Positions 20,555-30,300 of a DNA stretch of 51,920 nt are shown piece by piece. The notes beneath the pieces were generated by a model. That model had not been told where the DNA came from. It saw nothing but the letters and a program-made list of their open reading frames with translations, and did no database searches. How positions within the stretch are numbered: position 1 is the first letter of the stretch; every line of letters begins with the position of its first letter. A program made the position numbers and the translations under genes. The DNA is from a virus (lineage: Duplodnaviria > Caudoviricetes). The stretch is from the IMG/VR virus record IMGVR_UViG_3300042808_000034, positions 1-51,920 of that record; one strand, given 5' to 3'.

Positions 20555-21460
20555 TTAATGTGCTTTTTTATCAGCAATGTTTAATTTTGTTAAATTATCC
20601 ATAAATTCTGCTCCTAGTAACTTTCTATATTTCATAACAGATTTATCATTTAAGTCATGATAATGTAACATATGAAATTGTATATACTTAGCTATTTCTA
20701 AACAATCATCAACAGTTAACATACTGTCATTATGTGTATACATTAAACTTTCATACGCTCCAACATATTCATGGTCATAATAATGTGCATTGTCAGTTGT
20801 TTCACCCTTTTTATTAACAAAAGTCTTTGTAAATCTTTTCCCAATATCATGCATAACTCCAGCTAATAATAAATTATTATTTTCTGTTAAATCCCATAAT
20901 TCATGACATGTTTGCATACAATGTTCTTTTGCTGTCAAGGTATGATTTGGATTCTCTTGGTCAAAATCAAGTGTTTCTAACATATATTCTCTTGTATATT
21001 TACTTGTGTCTCCATATACGACCTCTATTTTATCCCAACCTTCACAATACATAGGCACATTAAAGTGTCTATACATTCTTTCTATAACATATTCTGGAAT
21101 AATTCTATCTCTTTTCTTATTTTGTTCAAGACATTGCTCATAAGGTGTAGCAAATAAAATTGCTATAGTTTCTATGTCTTTTATATGTTTAATTGATTTT
21201 AAAAACTCTATACGTTTCTTAAAATTAATACTACAAGCGTCATAAGCCACATTTAAACCATTATTTAAATCTCTTTTTATTCTTTTATGTAATTCTTCAA
21301 ATAACTCTTGATTCTTATCTTGTGTATCTATATTATTATATAATTCTTGTCTAAGTTTATCACTTGAATGTATTATATAACCTAAATTCTTTTCTAATTT
21401 ATCTGCATAAGTGCTCTTTCCAGATGCAGGTATCCCAATTAACATTACTAATCTTCCCAT
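20555..21460 (-). CDS. polynucleotide kinase-like P-loop domain fused to HD domain
   Basis: GIPASGKST, SSDKLR, H..EH, MHDIGK, HYYDHE, FHM; start MGRLVML after GAGG RBS. Confidence 0.88.
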   Translation of the reverse strand: MGRLVMLIGIPASGKSTYADKLEKNLGYIIHSSDKLRQELYNNIDTQDKNQELFEELHKRIKRDLNNGLNVAYDACSINFKKRIEFLKSIKHIKDIETIAILFATPYEQCLEQNKKRDRIIPEYVIERMYRHFNVPMYCEGWDKIEVVYGDTSKYTREYMLETLDFDQENPNHTLTAKEHCMQTCHELWDLTENNNLLLAGVMHDIGKRFTKTFVNKKGETTDNAHYYDHEYVGAYESLMYTHNDSMLTVDDCLEIAKYIQFHMLHYHDLNDKSVMKYRKLLGAEFMDNLTKLNIADKKAH

Positions 21461-21666
21461 TATTCTTTCCTCTTTTCTATTATATATTCTATTAATTTCA
21501 TTTCTAAATTTATTAGGTAAGCCGACAAATATATAATTAATATTGGATACCATAATGCAAATACTAAAATCCAATTCAAAGTTATTAAATTTAACAACTT
21601 AAATATTATAAGTATTATTGTTATTGTTCCAATAATTTTAAATATATTATTTATAAACTTTCTCAT
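21460..21666 (-). CDS. small membrane protein
   Basis: hydrophobic, FKLLNLITLNW..LWYP. Confidence 0.6.
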   Translation of the reverse strand: MRKFINNIFKIIGTITIILIIFKLLNLITLNWILVFALWYPILIIYLSAYLINLEMKLIEYIIEKRKE

Positions 21667-21669
21667 AAA

Positions 21670-21993
21670 TTATACCTCTATTTCTTTTGCCTCATCGCTT
21701 AAATAAATAGCTAATATGCTATTATCAAGTACTCTCATAGAATACATATAACTATTTAATATTTTAGGATTAAATATCTCATTTATTCTTTTTAACATAA
21801 GATAAGAATTATCAAACCCATACATACCATACTCAAAAAATTCATTACCACTTGGTAAATATATTCTAATATGTGATGTATCCATCTTTTCATTTTCACT
21901 AAGATGAATGTTATCTATGTATTCTCTAAAATTATATGTTAATAAAAATTGTTTTAATGTAATATTATACATTTTATTTTCTTTTTTACTCAT
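21670..21993 (-). CDS. hypothetical protein
   Basis: AGGAGG RBS. Confidence 0.6.
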   Translation of the reverse strand: MSKKENKMYNITLKQFLLTYNFREYIDNIHLSENEKMDTSHIRIYLPSGNEFFEYGMYGFDNSYLMLKRINEIFNPKILNSYMYSMRVLDNSILAIYLSDEAKEIEV

Positions 21994-22175
21994 ATTTGCC
22001 TCCTTTACATTTCGTATTCGCTATATATAACCATACAAGAGCAAGAATAATCATTGCAAATATAACGGACGTCTATTATTTCTTCTTCGTTTTCAAATTC
22101 TTCTAAGAACTCATTTACTTTATCTTCTAATGTGCCCAAGTTTTGCATTTCTTTAAATATTTTTATCTTCATAAT

Positions 22176-22517
22176 CTATTCCCCCTTCATTTCCTGTATT
22201 AGAAAATCATATAATTTCTCTGGAGTTGATATATCAATACTCTCTCCATCTTCTTTTACACATCCTTCTGTGTATTCTGTTCCATACCATAAATCATATA
22301 ACCAGTAACATAACCAAGAATTTTCTCTATCTTGGAATATATCCTGTAATAAATCAACCACTATATCTTCAAAATATACACCAACATGACTAACATTATT
22401 AAAGTCTGACATTCTAGCATCTTCTGTGTTTCTATATAAATCGTTTATTTTATCTTGCATTTCATTTGTTTCTTTTAATCTATTTATTATTTTAACAAAC
22501 TTTTCTTTACTTATCAT
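22176..22517 (-). CDS. hypothetical phage protein
   Basis: WLCYWLYDL.YG..IDISTPEKLYDFL. Confidence 0.65.
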   Translation of the reverse strand: MISKEKFVKIINRLKETNEMQDKINDLYRNTEDARMSDFNNVSHVGVYFEDIVVDLLQDIFQDRENSWLCYWLYDLWYGTEYTEGCVKEDGESIDISTPEKLYDFLIQEMKGE

Positions 22518-22692
22518 AACTATTCCTCCTCAATTCCTAATTTTTTCTATTATTTCATCTCTTTGCTCATATAAACTATTTAGACTAATATCTAAACTGT
22601 AAATTTGTCCTTCATAATCTTCTATTTTTAATTCTATATCTATTAATTCTTGTTCTAATTCTAATTTATCATCCATTATATTTCCTCCTTAT

Positions 22693-23085
22693 CTATCTCA
22701 AATATGTTCTATTTGGACACTTATCTTCTTCTCCTCTTAAGTATTTATTGCAAAATGATATTGAACCCATGTATTCACCCATATCTAAATGTTCACATGG
22801 TGTTTCGCAGTCTATTCTTTTTGATTCTCTTGTATAATCTTCTTCTGTAAACTTTATATCTTTTAATATTTCTGTATAAATCTCATCCATTTTTTCTTTT
22901 GGTACTATCTCAGCTATTTTTCTTATAAATTTATTTCTCTCGTTTAATGTTTTTAATAATCCATTTTTGCTAAAATTAGAAATTAAACCACATTCTTCCA
23001 TACCTATTGAAATTATTATATCTGGCGTTTCTTTAAAATGTTTTTCTATTTTTTCTAAATCTCTTTTTAATTGTTCTTCACTCAT
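22693..23085 (-). CDS. hypothetical protein
   Basis: ORF track. Confidence 0.6.
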   Translation of the reverse strand: MSEEQLKRDLEKIEKHFKETPDIIISIGMEECGLISNFSKNGLLKTLNERNKFIRKIAEIVPKEKMDEIYTEILKDIKFTEEDYTRESKRIDCETPCEHLDMGEYMGSISFCNKYLRGEEDKCPNRTYLR

Positions 23086-23101
23086 TATTAATTCCCTCCT
23101 T

Positions 23102-23891
23102 CTATAATAAACTTTCTATATATTCTCTATTTTGTGTAAATATTGGTATTTCTAAATCAATAACCCATCTTGGTCTTTCTGTAATTATTTGGTTTTCAAA
23201 ACCACCTTTTAACACATATTTTTCTTTTATAATACAAGTTCCACGTTTTTGATATACCGGAGCATTGTTCCAGTTTAAACCTTTTTCTACAAATAACATA
23301 TCCTGTATTTCATTGCAATTTTTATTTTGTAATTCTTTGTGACTGAATTCACTCCTACCAAACATTTGAATTGAATTTTTAGTAGCATCTTGTTGTCTCC
23401 AAATAAAGTAATTACAAACTTCTTCTTTAGGTAATGTAAATACTCTACTATCAAACATTGCAGTATTAAATTTTGATACATATAAATCTATTTCATCATC
23501 TATGAAGTTTTCATATTTTAAAACTGTTTCAGAAAATATTTTATTAAATATCATTGTTGTCATACTAGCACTTATTGAAACCATCTTTTGAATATTATTA
23601 TCAAACCAAGCACTTGTAGTTATTTTTTCATAATCAGTTAATAATAAACTTATTTCATCAGATTGGGTATAAGCTAATTTACAACCTTGTATATTTTGAC
23701 ATAGGTATTGTGCTGTTTGATTCATTGTTTGTGTAAGTATATCATCAAATGGTTTATTAAAACCTTTTGTAAAAGTGTGGAATGCCTTTCCGGTCAATTC
23801 TTATAATTACTGGTGTTCTTCTTATTAAGAAGTTTTTATTTACTTTTTCGTAAGTTTTCATTCTTATTCCTAAATCATCATTTTTTTTCAT
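23102..23891 (-). CDS. tRNA(His) guanylyltransferase Thg1-like protein; joined across CGGA at 23789-23792
   Basis: restored RMKTYE..PVIIRID-G-KAFHTFT, YTQSDEIS, FDSR, WRQQD..NSI, KRG. Confidence 0.93.
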
Positions 23892-23893
23892 AA

Positions 23894-24091
23894 TTATTCC
23901 TCCTTTACATATTTAATATAACTTCCACAATATGGACAGTAATTCCATTTAAATTGACTTGGTATTATATTTAATATGCTTTCACACATTGAGCATGCAT
24001 GATATATTTCTCCTGATTTATCTTTATGTTTAGTAATTTCACATCTATATCCTATATTTTTACTATTATATATTTGTTTTATATTTTCCAT
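23894..24091 (-). CDS. small Zn-ribbon protein
   Basis: CSMC..NYCPYCG. Confidence 0.65.
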   Translation of the reverse strand: MENIKQIYNSKNIGYRCEITKHKDKSGEIYHACSMCESILNIIPSQFKWNYCPYCGSYIKYVKEE

Positions 24092-24103
24092 AATTAATCT
24101 CCT

Positions 24104-24530
24104 TTATAAAATACAAACTACTATTTCTATATCTAAATGTTCAAATTCTTCTTTTATCATTTCTCTTACTCTACCCCAAGATAATCCATCTAACCCACAG
24201 CCTATTTTAGGCATTGCTAAATATCTAATATTCCACACGTTGCATTGGCAAGCCATTTCTCTTAAACATTCTCTTAAAACTATATACATGGGTTTCCCAG
24301 AATATACTCTTTTTGTAAACAAATTAAATATACCATGATATAATATTACACTTCCTGGAGTTCTAAATATTACACTCCTTGACAATAATTCACTTTTCAA
24401 ATGAAACTTCTTATTAAAATCCCAAGCTATACCCTTTCCGCATATTACAATCAGTTGATATACAATGTGCAAAGTAATATTGTCCTTTATCTAATTCAAA
24501 TATATTTTTATGTATTTCTTTATAAATCAT
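24104..24530 (-). CDS. macrodomain protein (TARG1/Poa1-like ADP-ribose processing); joined across CGGA at 24437-24440
   Basis: restored AHCISTDCNM-G-KGIA, NLFTK, AMPKIGCGLDGLSW. Confidence 0.92.
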
Positions 24531-24616
24531 CTTAATACCCCCTAATTTTCAACTTATTTTCATTATATATCAAAATCAAATCTCAATCTATAATATTACT
24601 TTTATTTTCACTAAAA

Positions 24617-24934
24617 TCATTCTTCTTTATTAAATATATCAAATTCTAATTTTTCCCAACTGATTTTAACCGAATTGCAAAGTGTACAATCCCATTCTTC
24701 ATCAAAATCATGTTCTACTTTAAAATACTTCTTTTTATCTTCTAATAATTTAAATAGACATTTATCTGAACAAGCATCAAAATCATCTATTGGTTCCGCA
24801 TAAGCGTTTTCCATCCATACATCATAATACCAATCTAAGTCATATATTTCTTTCTTACAATTGTCACATTCACATTTAAATATTTTCCCTATATTATTAT
24901 TTATTCCATGTTCTTTATGATTATAATATCTCAT
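24617..24934 (-). CDS. hypothetical Cys-containing protein
   Basis: CDNC..CSDKC. Confidence 0.6.
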   Translation of the reverse strand: MRYYNHKEHGINNNIGKIFKCECDNCKKEIYDLDWYYDVWMENAYAEPIDDFDACSDKCLFKLLEDKKKYFKVEHDFDEEWDCTLCNSVKISWEKLEFDIFNKEE

Positions 24935-24945
24935 AATAAATCTCC

Positions 24946-25194
24946 TTATTCTAAGCTTCTTAATATTTTATCTATACTACCTCTTAACTTAATTAATTCT
25001 TTTTTTACACTTTCTATTTTATTATCTTTTTTTCTACTCTCTTTTAACCATATTTTATGTAATTTTGTTTCAACAGCTAAATCAGTTTTTAATTCAATTG
25101 CTTTTTTATTTTCTTCTTTATATGTGTCTTCTTTATCTTCATCTATAATCTCTTCCCAAATCTCTTTACACCAAGGTAATTCTCCAAAACTCAT
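24946..25194 (-). CDS. hypothetical protein
   Basis: AAGGAG RBS, first gene after promoter. Confidence 0.6.
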   Translation of the reverse strand: MSFGELPWCKEIWEEIIDEDKEDTYKEENKKAIELKTDLAVETKLHKIWLKESRKKDNKIESVKKELIKLRGSIDKILRSLE

Positions 25195-25226
25195 ATTAAA
25201 TCTCTCCTTTCAAATCTTATATATCC

Positions 25227-25255
25227 ATTATAACATACTTTAATTCATTTGTCAA
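25227..25255 (-). promoter_or_regulatory. sigma-A type promoter
   Basis: TTGACA-17-TATAAT, extended -10. Confidence 0.8.
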
Positions 25256-25834
25256 GTTTTTTATTAATTTATTTTAATTATTTTCTAATTTATAAAAAGC
25301 CCGGGTGATTTTTTATTTGCCAGTTACCTCGAAATTCCTAGTTACCCTCTATTTTAATTATTCTTATTATGTAAACTAAACACTTGTTTATTATTATATA
25401 TTTATTTATGTAATATAATTCCTTTAAAATATATAATATCACATAATTCGTACGAATATTTGGCATTCCATACACATAATCGGCACGAATATTGTTAAAT
25501 CTATATATTTATGTTTTGCTATTTGGGCATTGTGCTTACAATACACTCTCAAATGAGCATATTACACTAAATAATCAATCTTTATATATTACCTATAAAC
25601 TTATATTAAATATATAATAAATCTATTTAAAAGGCATTCTCGTTCGTTGTATTATATATAATTTGTTAATGTTAAAGTATTCTTTATATATACATATCTT
25701 AAGACGCTCATATTTACTATTTAAGCCTTTTAATTTATGTATATGCAAGATTATATTCAAATAATACAAACTGTCTTAAACAGGTTATTTTGCTCATTTA
25801 AACATAAGTTTACATAACATTACTAGAACACGAC

Positions 25835-25867
25835 AAAAAAGTGACTATATATTTCTATATAATCACT
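25835..25867 (-). terminator. intrinsic terminator
   Basis: AGTGATTATAT/ATATAGTCACT stem followed by T-run on - strand. Confidence 0.65.
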
Positions 25868-25934
25868 GTGATTATTTGATTTGGTACAATACCATTGTAT
25901 TATTATATTAAATTGCAAACATCTTGTAAATAGT

Positions 25935-26222
25935 TTAAACCTCCCAACTATTTACGTCTATAACGTTATCTATTCCATAATCAAAATTAATTACTTCTTT
26001 AACGTCTAGTTCTTGCTTTAATATTTTTTCTATGTCTTGTAATGTCCATGTTCCTTTTAATACCATTTTAACACTTTCTATTATTTCCCTTACTTCTTTT
26101 AATTTAACAGGAATATTTAATAAATAAACATCATAGCAATTGTCGTCGTTATCTAGTATCATAAATTTATTTGTTAAATCACATGTGCATATTCTTACAT
26201 AAAATCTTTTATCTTCGCTCAT
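25935..26222 (-). CDS. hypothetical protein
   Basis: ORF track, own promoter. Confidence 0.6.
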   Translation of the reverse strand: MSEDKRFYVRICTCDLTNKFMILDNDDNCYDVYLLNIPVKLKEVREIIESVKMVLKGTWTLQDIEKILKQELDVKEVINFDYGIDNVIDVNSWEV

Positions 26223-26252
26223 ACTTTACACCTTAACCCTTTCTATGTTTAC

Positions 26253-26281
26253 ATTATAACATATTATTAAACATTTGTCAA
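26253..26281 (-). promoter_or_regulatory. sigma-A type promoter
   Basis: TTGACA-17-TATAAT. Confidence 0.8.
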
Positions 26282-26495
26282 CACTTTTTATTAAATATAT
26301 AAAAGAAATTAGCAAAATGCTAATCTCTAAAAGTGTCTATGTTATTTTGTCCTTGTATAATTAGTTTGTAATCGTTTTTGACTTGTTTTATAACTAATTG
26401 CTTATTATTACTAAGTTGCTTATTTATTGTCTTTTTATTGTCTTGTATTTGTTTTATTAGATTATCAATATTTTGCATTTCAAAACCTCCTAAAT

Positions 26496-26759
26496 TTACA
26501 TCTCTAATTCTTCATATTCCTTACGTGTAATATTACCATTAATTAAATTTAATTGATTTCTTAAATGTTCTACTAATATATCTACTTCGTCCCCGTCTAG
26601 TGCCTCGTTTCTCCATTCAAAGTCAAATATATCTAAAATAGATGTTAACTCTTCCCCAAATTCTAATTTATCTAAAATAGATGTTAACTCTTCCCCAAAT
26701 TCTAATTCATCTAATTCTTCTATGTCTACTACAAAATAATTTTCTTTTAACTCATTCAT
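26496..26759 (-). CDS. acidic hypothetical protein with internal 13-aa duplication
   Basis: LEFGEELTSILD occurs twice. Confidence 0.6.
   Translation of the reverse strand: MNELKENYFVVDIEELDELEFGEELTSILDKLEFGEELTSILDIFDFEWRNEALDGDEVDILVEHLRNQLNLINGNITRKEYEELEM
26631..26708. repeat. 39-bp tandem duplication
   Basis: ATCTAAAATAGATGTTAACTCTTCCCCAAATTCTAATT(T/C) x2. Confidence 0.9.
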
Positions 26760-27001
26760 TTTAAATCCCCCTTTAATAATTCTTTATATTTATTATGTAA
26801 ACTTATACCTCCACGACTTGATTTTTCTTTAAAATTATTGTCTAATATTTCTTGTACTTCATTCTTTTTATTAGTTGGTAGTTTTTGTATTCTTTGATGT
26901 ATCGTACTTTTAGACACTCCAAAATGTAAGCCACATTCACGAACAGTTGTTTTGTTTTGTATTATATAATTAGCAATTGTATTGTTATCTATTTTTATCA
27001 T
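26756..27001 (-). CDS. spoIIID: SpoIIID-like sporulation transcription regulator
   Basis: YII..KTTVR....FGVSKSTIH..L....EV.EILD......RGG.....KYK matches SpoIIID pattern. Confidence 0.85.
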   Translation of the reverse strand: MIKIDNNTIANYIIQNKTTVRECGLHFGVSKSTIHQRIQKLPTNKKNEVQEILDNNFKEKSSRGGISLHNKYKELLKGDLK

Positions 27002-27014
27002 ATTTGTTGCTCCC

Positions 27015-27404
27015 TTAATTTAAAATTTTATTTATGTCAAATTCTGTGTAAATTCTGTTATTATAAATTCTATTTGATATTTTATCTTCGAATATTTTTA
27101 CTTTATTTGTTATTCTATCATTTTCACTTAAACTTTTACATGCTCTGTTTATATTATTTGTTACTACTTCAATTTTATCTAAATTATCTTTTGCATTTCT
27201 TCTTTCTATTCTTATCTTTTTATATTCTGTTATTATATTACATCTTTGATAAGATTTTAAAGTTTTAAATTCAATTGTATGTTTTAAATCTTCTTCTTTT
27301 TTATCACAATCACTTAATATTTTTAAATTTTCTTCAAATAATTGTTTTAATTGTTTTGTTTTTAAATCTAAATCTATTATTAAATTATCTAGTGTTTCGT
27401 TCAT
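27015..27404 (-). CDS. coiled-coil hypothetical protein
   Basis: EDLKHTIE..RIERRNAKD. Confidence 0.6.
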   Translation of the reverse strand: MNETLDNLIIDLDLKTKQLKQLFEENLKILSDCDKKEEDLKHTIEFKTLKSYQRCNIITEYKKIRIERRNAKDNLDKIEVVTNNINRACKSLSENDRITNKVKIFEDKISNRIYNNRIYTEFDINKILN

Positions 27405-27565
27405 ATTATGTAAACCCCTCTCTTTTGTTAATAGTCACTTGCTAGAACAATAAGTTTTTTACTGTGTTTTAGTTTTTTTTGTATTGCTCTAGCAAATAAG
27501 GACTTAAAAATGTTTTTATAAATACTTTATTTGTTGTTAAGTCTTTTAATTTTAAATTAAACATA

Positions 27566-27940
27566 TTAATACTCCATGTTTTCTAAAATATAATCATCCT
27601 CGAATTGTGTTACAATAGATATATAAGGTAAGTCATTGCATTCATTATTTGCAATATGTTCTAATTCTTCTATATCTCTGTTATCTTCCCCAATTCTAAC
27701 AAATCTATAACTAAAACCAAACTCTGTAATTTCTTCAAGTTTTTCATTAAAATGCTCTACTTCTTCGTAAGTATCATACCATTTTACATCATTTATTTTT
27801 AATAAAACATTGTTATTTTTTTTTATAACTTCGTCAACTTGTTTCTCTAATTTAAACTCATCACTTTTATTATATAACTCTTTAAATTTTTCATAGCCCG
27901 CTTTTTTAAACATAACTCTTATATCACTTCTATAACCCAT
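27566..27940 (-). CDS. hypothetical phage protein
   Basis: MGYRSD..VKWY..FVRIGED..DIEE conserved-looking motifs. Confidence 0.65.
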   Translation of the reverse strand: MGYRSDIRVMFKKAGYEKFKELYNKSDEFKLEKQVDEVIKKNNNVLLKINDVKWYDTYEEVEHFNEKLEEITEFGFSYRFVRIGEDNRDIEELEHIANNECNDLPYISIVTQFEDDYILENMEY

Positions 27941-27955
27941 TTTAAAATCCCCTTT

Positions 27956-28552
27956 TTAATAAATACTAACATTTATTACTTTTACTTTTATATCTTCAAT
28001 ATTATATTTTTTATTAACTTCTTTTATTATAGATAACAACACATCTTTGTTTAATACTTCCATTTCAATTTGTACATCTATGTTGTTTTTATTATATATA
28101 AAGTCTATTATATTATTTTCTTCATTATAATTGTTCTCAAGATTACCCATATCAAAAATACTTTCGCAATCTATATAGTTATCTAATTCTAATAAAGTTT
28201 TTTCTTTGTCTTTAAACTTTTCTATTATATCTGTAACTACTTCTTCGTCTTGATTACTTTTAAATTCGTAAATTATATCATTTATACTTACATTTTCTAA
28301 AATATACTCATATAAATAATGATAAGCAATACTACTTATATCAAAATAACCATTATCAAAAGCATCGGCAAAATTATTAACGCCTAATTCTTGTAATATA
28401 TCGTAACAATCACTATAATATATTGTTTTATTTTCTACATCTGTTATGATGTATTCTATTATTGCGTCATAATCCAAATCTAGTGTACTCTTTTTTAACT
28501 CTTTATTTATTTCATTTTCTAATTCTTCTAAATAACTATATTTATTTAACAT
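27956..28552 (-). CDS. acidic hypothetical protein
   Basis: ORF track. Confidence 0.6.
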   Translation of the reverse strand: MLNKYSYLEELENEINKELKKSTLDLDYDAIIEYIITDVENKTIYYSDCYDILQELGVNNFADAFDNGYFDISSIAYHYLYEYILENVSINDIIYEFKSNQDEEVVTDIIEKFKDKEKTLLELDNYIDCESIFDMGNLENNYNEENNIIDFIYNKNNIDVQIEMEVLNKDVLLSIIKEVNKKYNIEDIKVKVINVSIY

Positions 28553-28568
28553 AACTTCTCCCCCTCAA

Positions 28569-28802
28569 TTACTTTTTTAAGTATAATCCTACTACTACAA
28601 CAGCCAATACAACATTTATTACTTGTTGCATTAAGTTAATGTCCATAGTAGATATTAAATCTGTTAATTTTTGTGATATAAAGAATGTTAATAATAACAT
28701 TATCACAAATAAGATGTTTTTCATTAATTTTAAAAACTTCTTGAAATTTGCTTTCATTATGTCCGTTGGCATATTATTTATATTTATATCTTTTGCTTTC
28801 AT
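28569..28802 (-). CDS. small membrane protein
   Basis: two hydrophobic segments. Confidence 0.6.
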   Translation of the reverse strand: MKAKDININNMPTDIMKANFKKFLKLMKNILFVIMLLLTFFISQKLTDLISTMDINLMQQVINVVLAVVVVGLYLKK

Positions 28803-28821
28803 ATTATTTTCTCCTTTCTAA

Positions 28822-28840
28822 GACAACTTTGTTTGTCCTT
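28822..28840 (-). promoter_or_regulatory. AAGGACAA-N6-TTGTC operator-like site (copy 1 of 5)
   Basis: palindrome between -10 box and RBS. Confidence 0.6.
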
Positions 28841-28851
28841 TTGATAAATCT

Positions 28852-28880
28852 ATTATATCACATAAATTGATATTTGTCAA
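28852..28880 (-). promoter_or_regulatory. sigma-A type promoter
   Basis: TTGACA-17-TATAAT. Confidence 0.8.
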
Positions 28881-28887
28881 GTCTTTT

Positions 28888-29394
28888 TTATAATTTTGTA
28901 AATATTTTCGTTTCTATATTTTCTAACATTTCTTTTTCTTCTGTTGTTCTTGTGTTTAAATGTAAACCACATTGATTTAACACAAAATTCAATGTTTCTT
29001 CTTCTGTTTTAAACATAACTTTATTTTCTTCATAGTCATAAACATGTATTAATTTTCTTTTTTTAGTTAAAAATAACTTAATATCTATTTTTGCACGTTG
29101 TAATAATGTATTTAAAAATTCTATAAAATCGTATTTTACTTTAAATCTTTGATAATTTTTTATTTTATTAGATAAAATTATAATATTTTTATATTCCCCA
29201 CTATTTTCGTCCCAACCACTCTCTAAAGCCTCATTTAAAAAATCTAATTCTTCTTGTATATTGTGTGTTAAGTTGTTTTTAACAGATTTTTTAAAATTTT
29301 CTTCTGTTTTATACTCCTCCATTAATTCTGTATAAATTGAATATTTACTCCAAAAATTCCATATTTCTTCTACTAAATTATTTAATTCTTCCAT
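28888..29394 (-). CDS. hypothetical protein
   Basis: ORF track. Confidence 0.6.
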   Translation of the reverse strand: MEELNNLVEEIWNFWSKYSIYTELMEEYKTEENFKKSVKNNLTHNIQEELDFLNEALESGWDENSGEYKNIIILSNKIKNYQRFKVKYDFIEFLNTLLQRAKIDIKLFLTKKRKLIHVYDYEENKVMFKTEEETLNFVLNQCGLHLNTRTTEEKEMLENIETKIFTKL

Positions 29395-29404
29395 AATAAA
29401 CCCC

Positions 29405-30020
29405 CTATAATTTATTGATTAATTTTTGCATAATATCATGTATTTTAGTTGCATGTCCGTTTATCTGTTGCATAACGATTACTTACACTTTGAATTGTGT
29501 AGCCACTATGATAAGCCCCACTTTGTGTTAAATAATTGCTTTTAATTTTACTTGCTACAAATACAACTCCTTGCTCTTTTGTATCAAAACGTTTTGTTGC
29601 GTCGAGATTAGTATCGTAAGATTGATACCCAAATAAATTATTTCTTGTTTGTGCAAACCCACTTCTACCCCATGAACTCTCTAAGCAACCTAATCCAGCC
29701 AAGTATATTCCATTAACTCCTGTTTCTTGTTCGGCTTGTTCAAATGCTTTTCCTAACCCACTCATTGAGGTATTAGCAAACATCTTTTCGTATTCGCTTG
29801 ATGTTAAATTAGATTTTGTTAATAAATTCATATCAAAACTTATGTCTGTATTTCTTAAATCGGGTATATATTCTGTTTGTGGGCTAATACTATTTTTAAT
29901 TATTCCTTGGTATTCACACAGTTTATATTGTAATTGTGTTACACCTACCGTTGGGATTATAAAGAATATTCCAATTAATATTATATTTATTAAAAATAAC
30001 TTTTTCATATTTACTAACAC
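29405..30020 (-). CDS. glucosaminidase-domain (GH73-like) peptidoglycan hydrolase with N-terminal anchor; C-terminus restored across CGGA at 29456-29459
   Basis: LESSWG, NNLFG, YATD; +1 continuation YATDK-G-HATKIHDIMQKL*. Confidence 0.88.
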
Positions 30021-30211
30021 CTCCCCTCAAAGTTATATTTTATTTATTTTTGCATGTAATTAAACCACATAAAATCTATTACTTCCTCGCCGTATTTCTC
30101 GTCAGCCTCGTTTAGTTCTATTTCTTTTATTATGTCGTTTTCTTTTATATAAAGTAAAAACTCTCCGTTTACTACTTCATGTTTTATTATTTCCATTTTA
30201 ATTCCTCCTTT

Positions 30212-30230
30212 GACAACTTAACTTGTCCTT
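30212..30230 (-). promoter_or_regulatory. AAGGACAA-N6-TTGTC operator-like site (copy 2)
   Basis: palindrome between -10 box and RBS. Confidence 0.6.
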
Positions 30231-30242
30231 TAACATAATCTT

Positions 30243-30271
30243 ATTATATCATAGTTTTATTAAATTGTCAA
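30243..30271 (-). promoter_or_regulatory. sigma-A type promoter
   Basis: TTGACA-17-TATAAT. Confidence 0.8.
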
Positions 30272-30300
30272 GTCTTTTTATTAATCTTTTATATAATTTA

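Noticed and set aside
21461-21574. N-terminal extension of the PNK-HD ORF
   Set aside because: Overlaps the upstream membrane gene; RBS supports the start at 21460.
26791-26803. TATTATGTAAACT copy inside spoIIID-like gene
   Set aside because: Coding context; may be coincidental, so not counted in the motif cluster.
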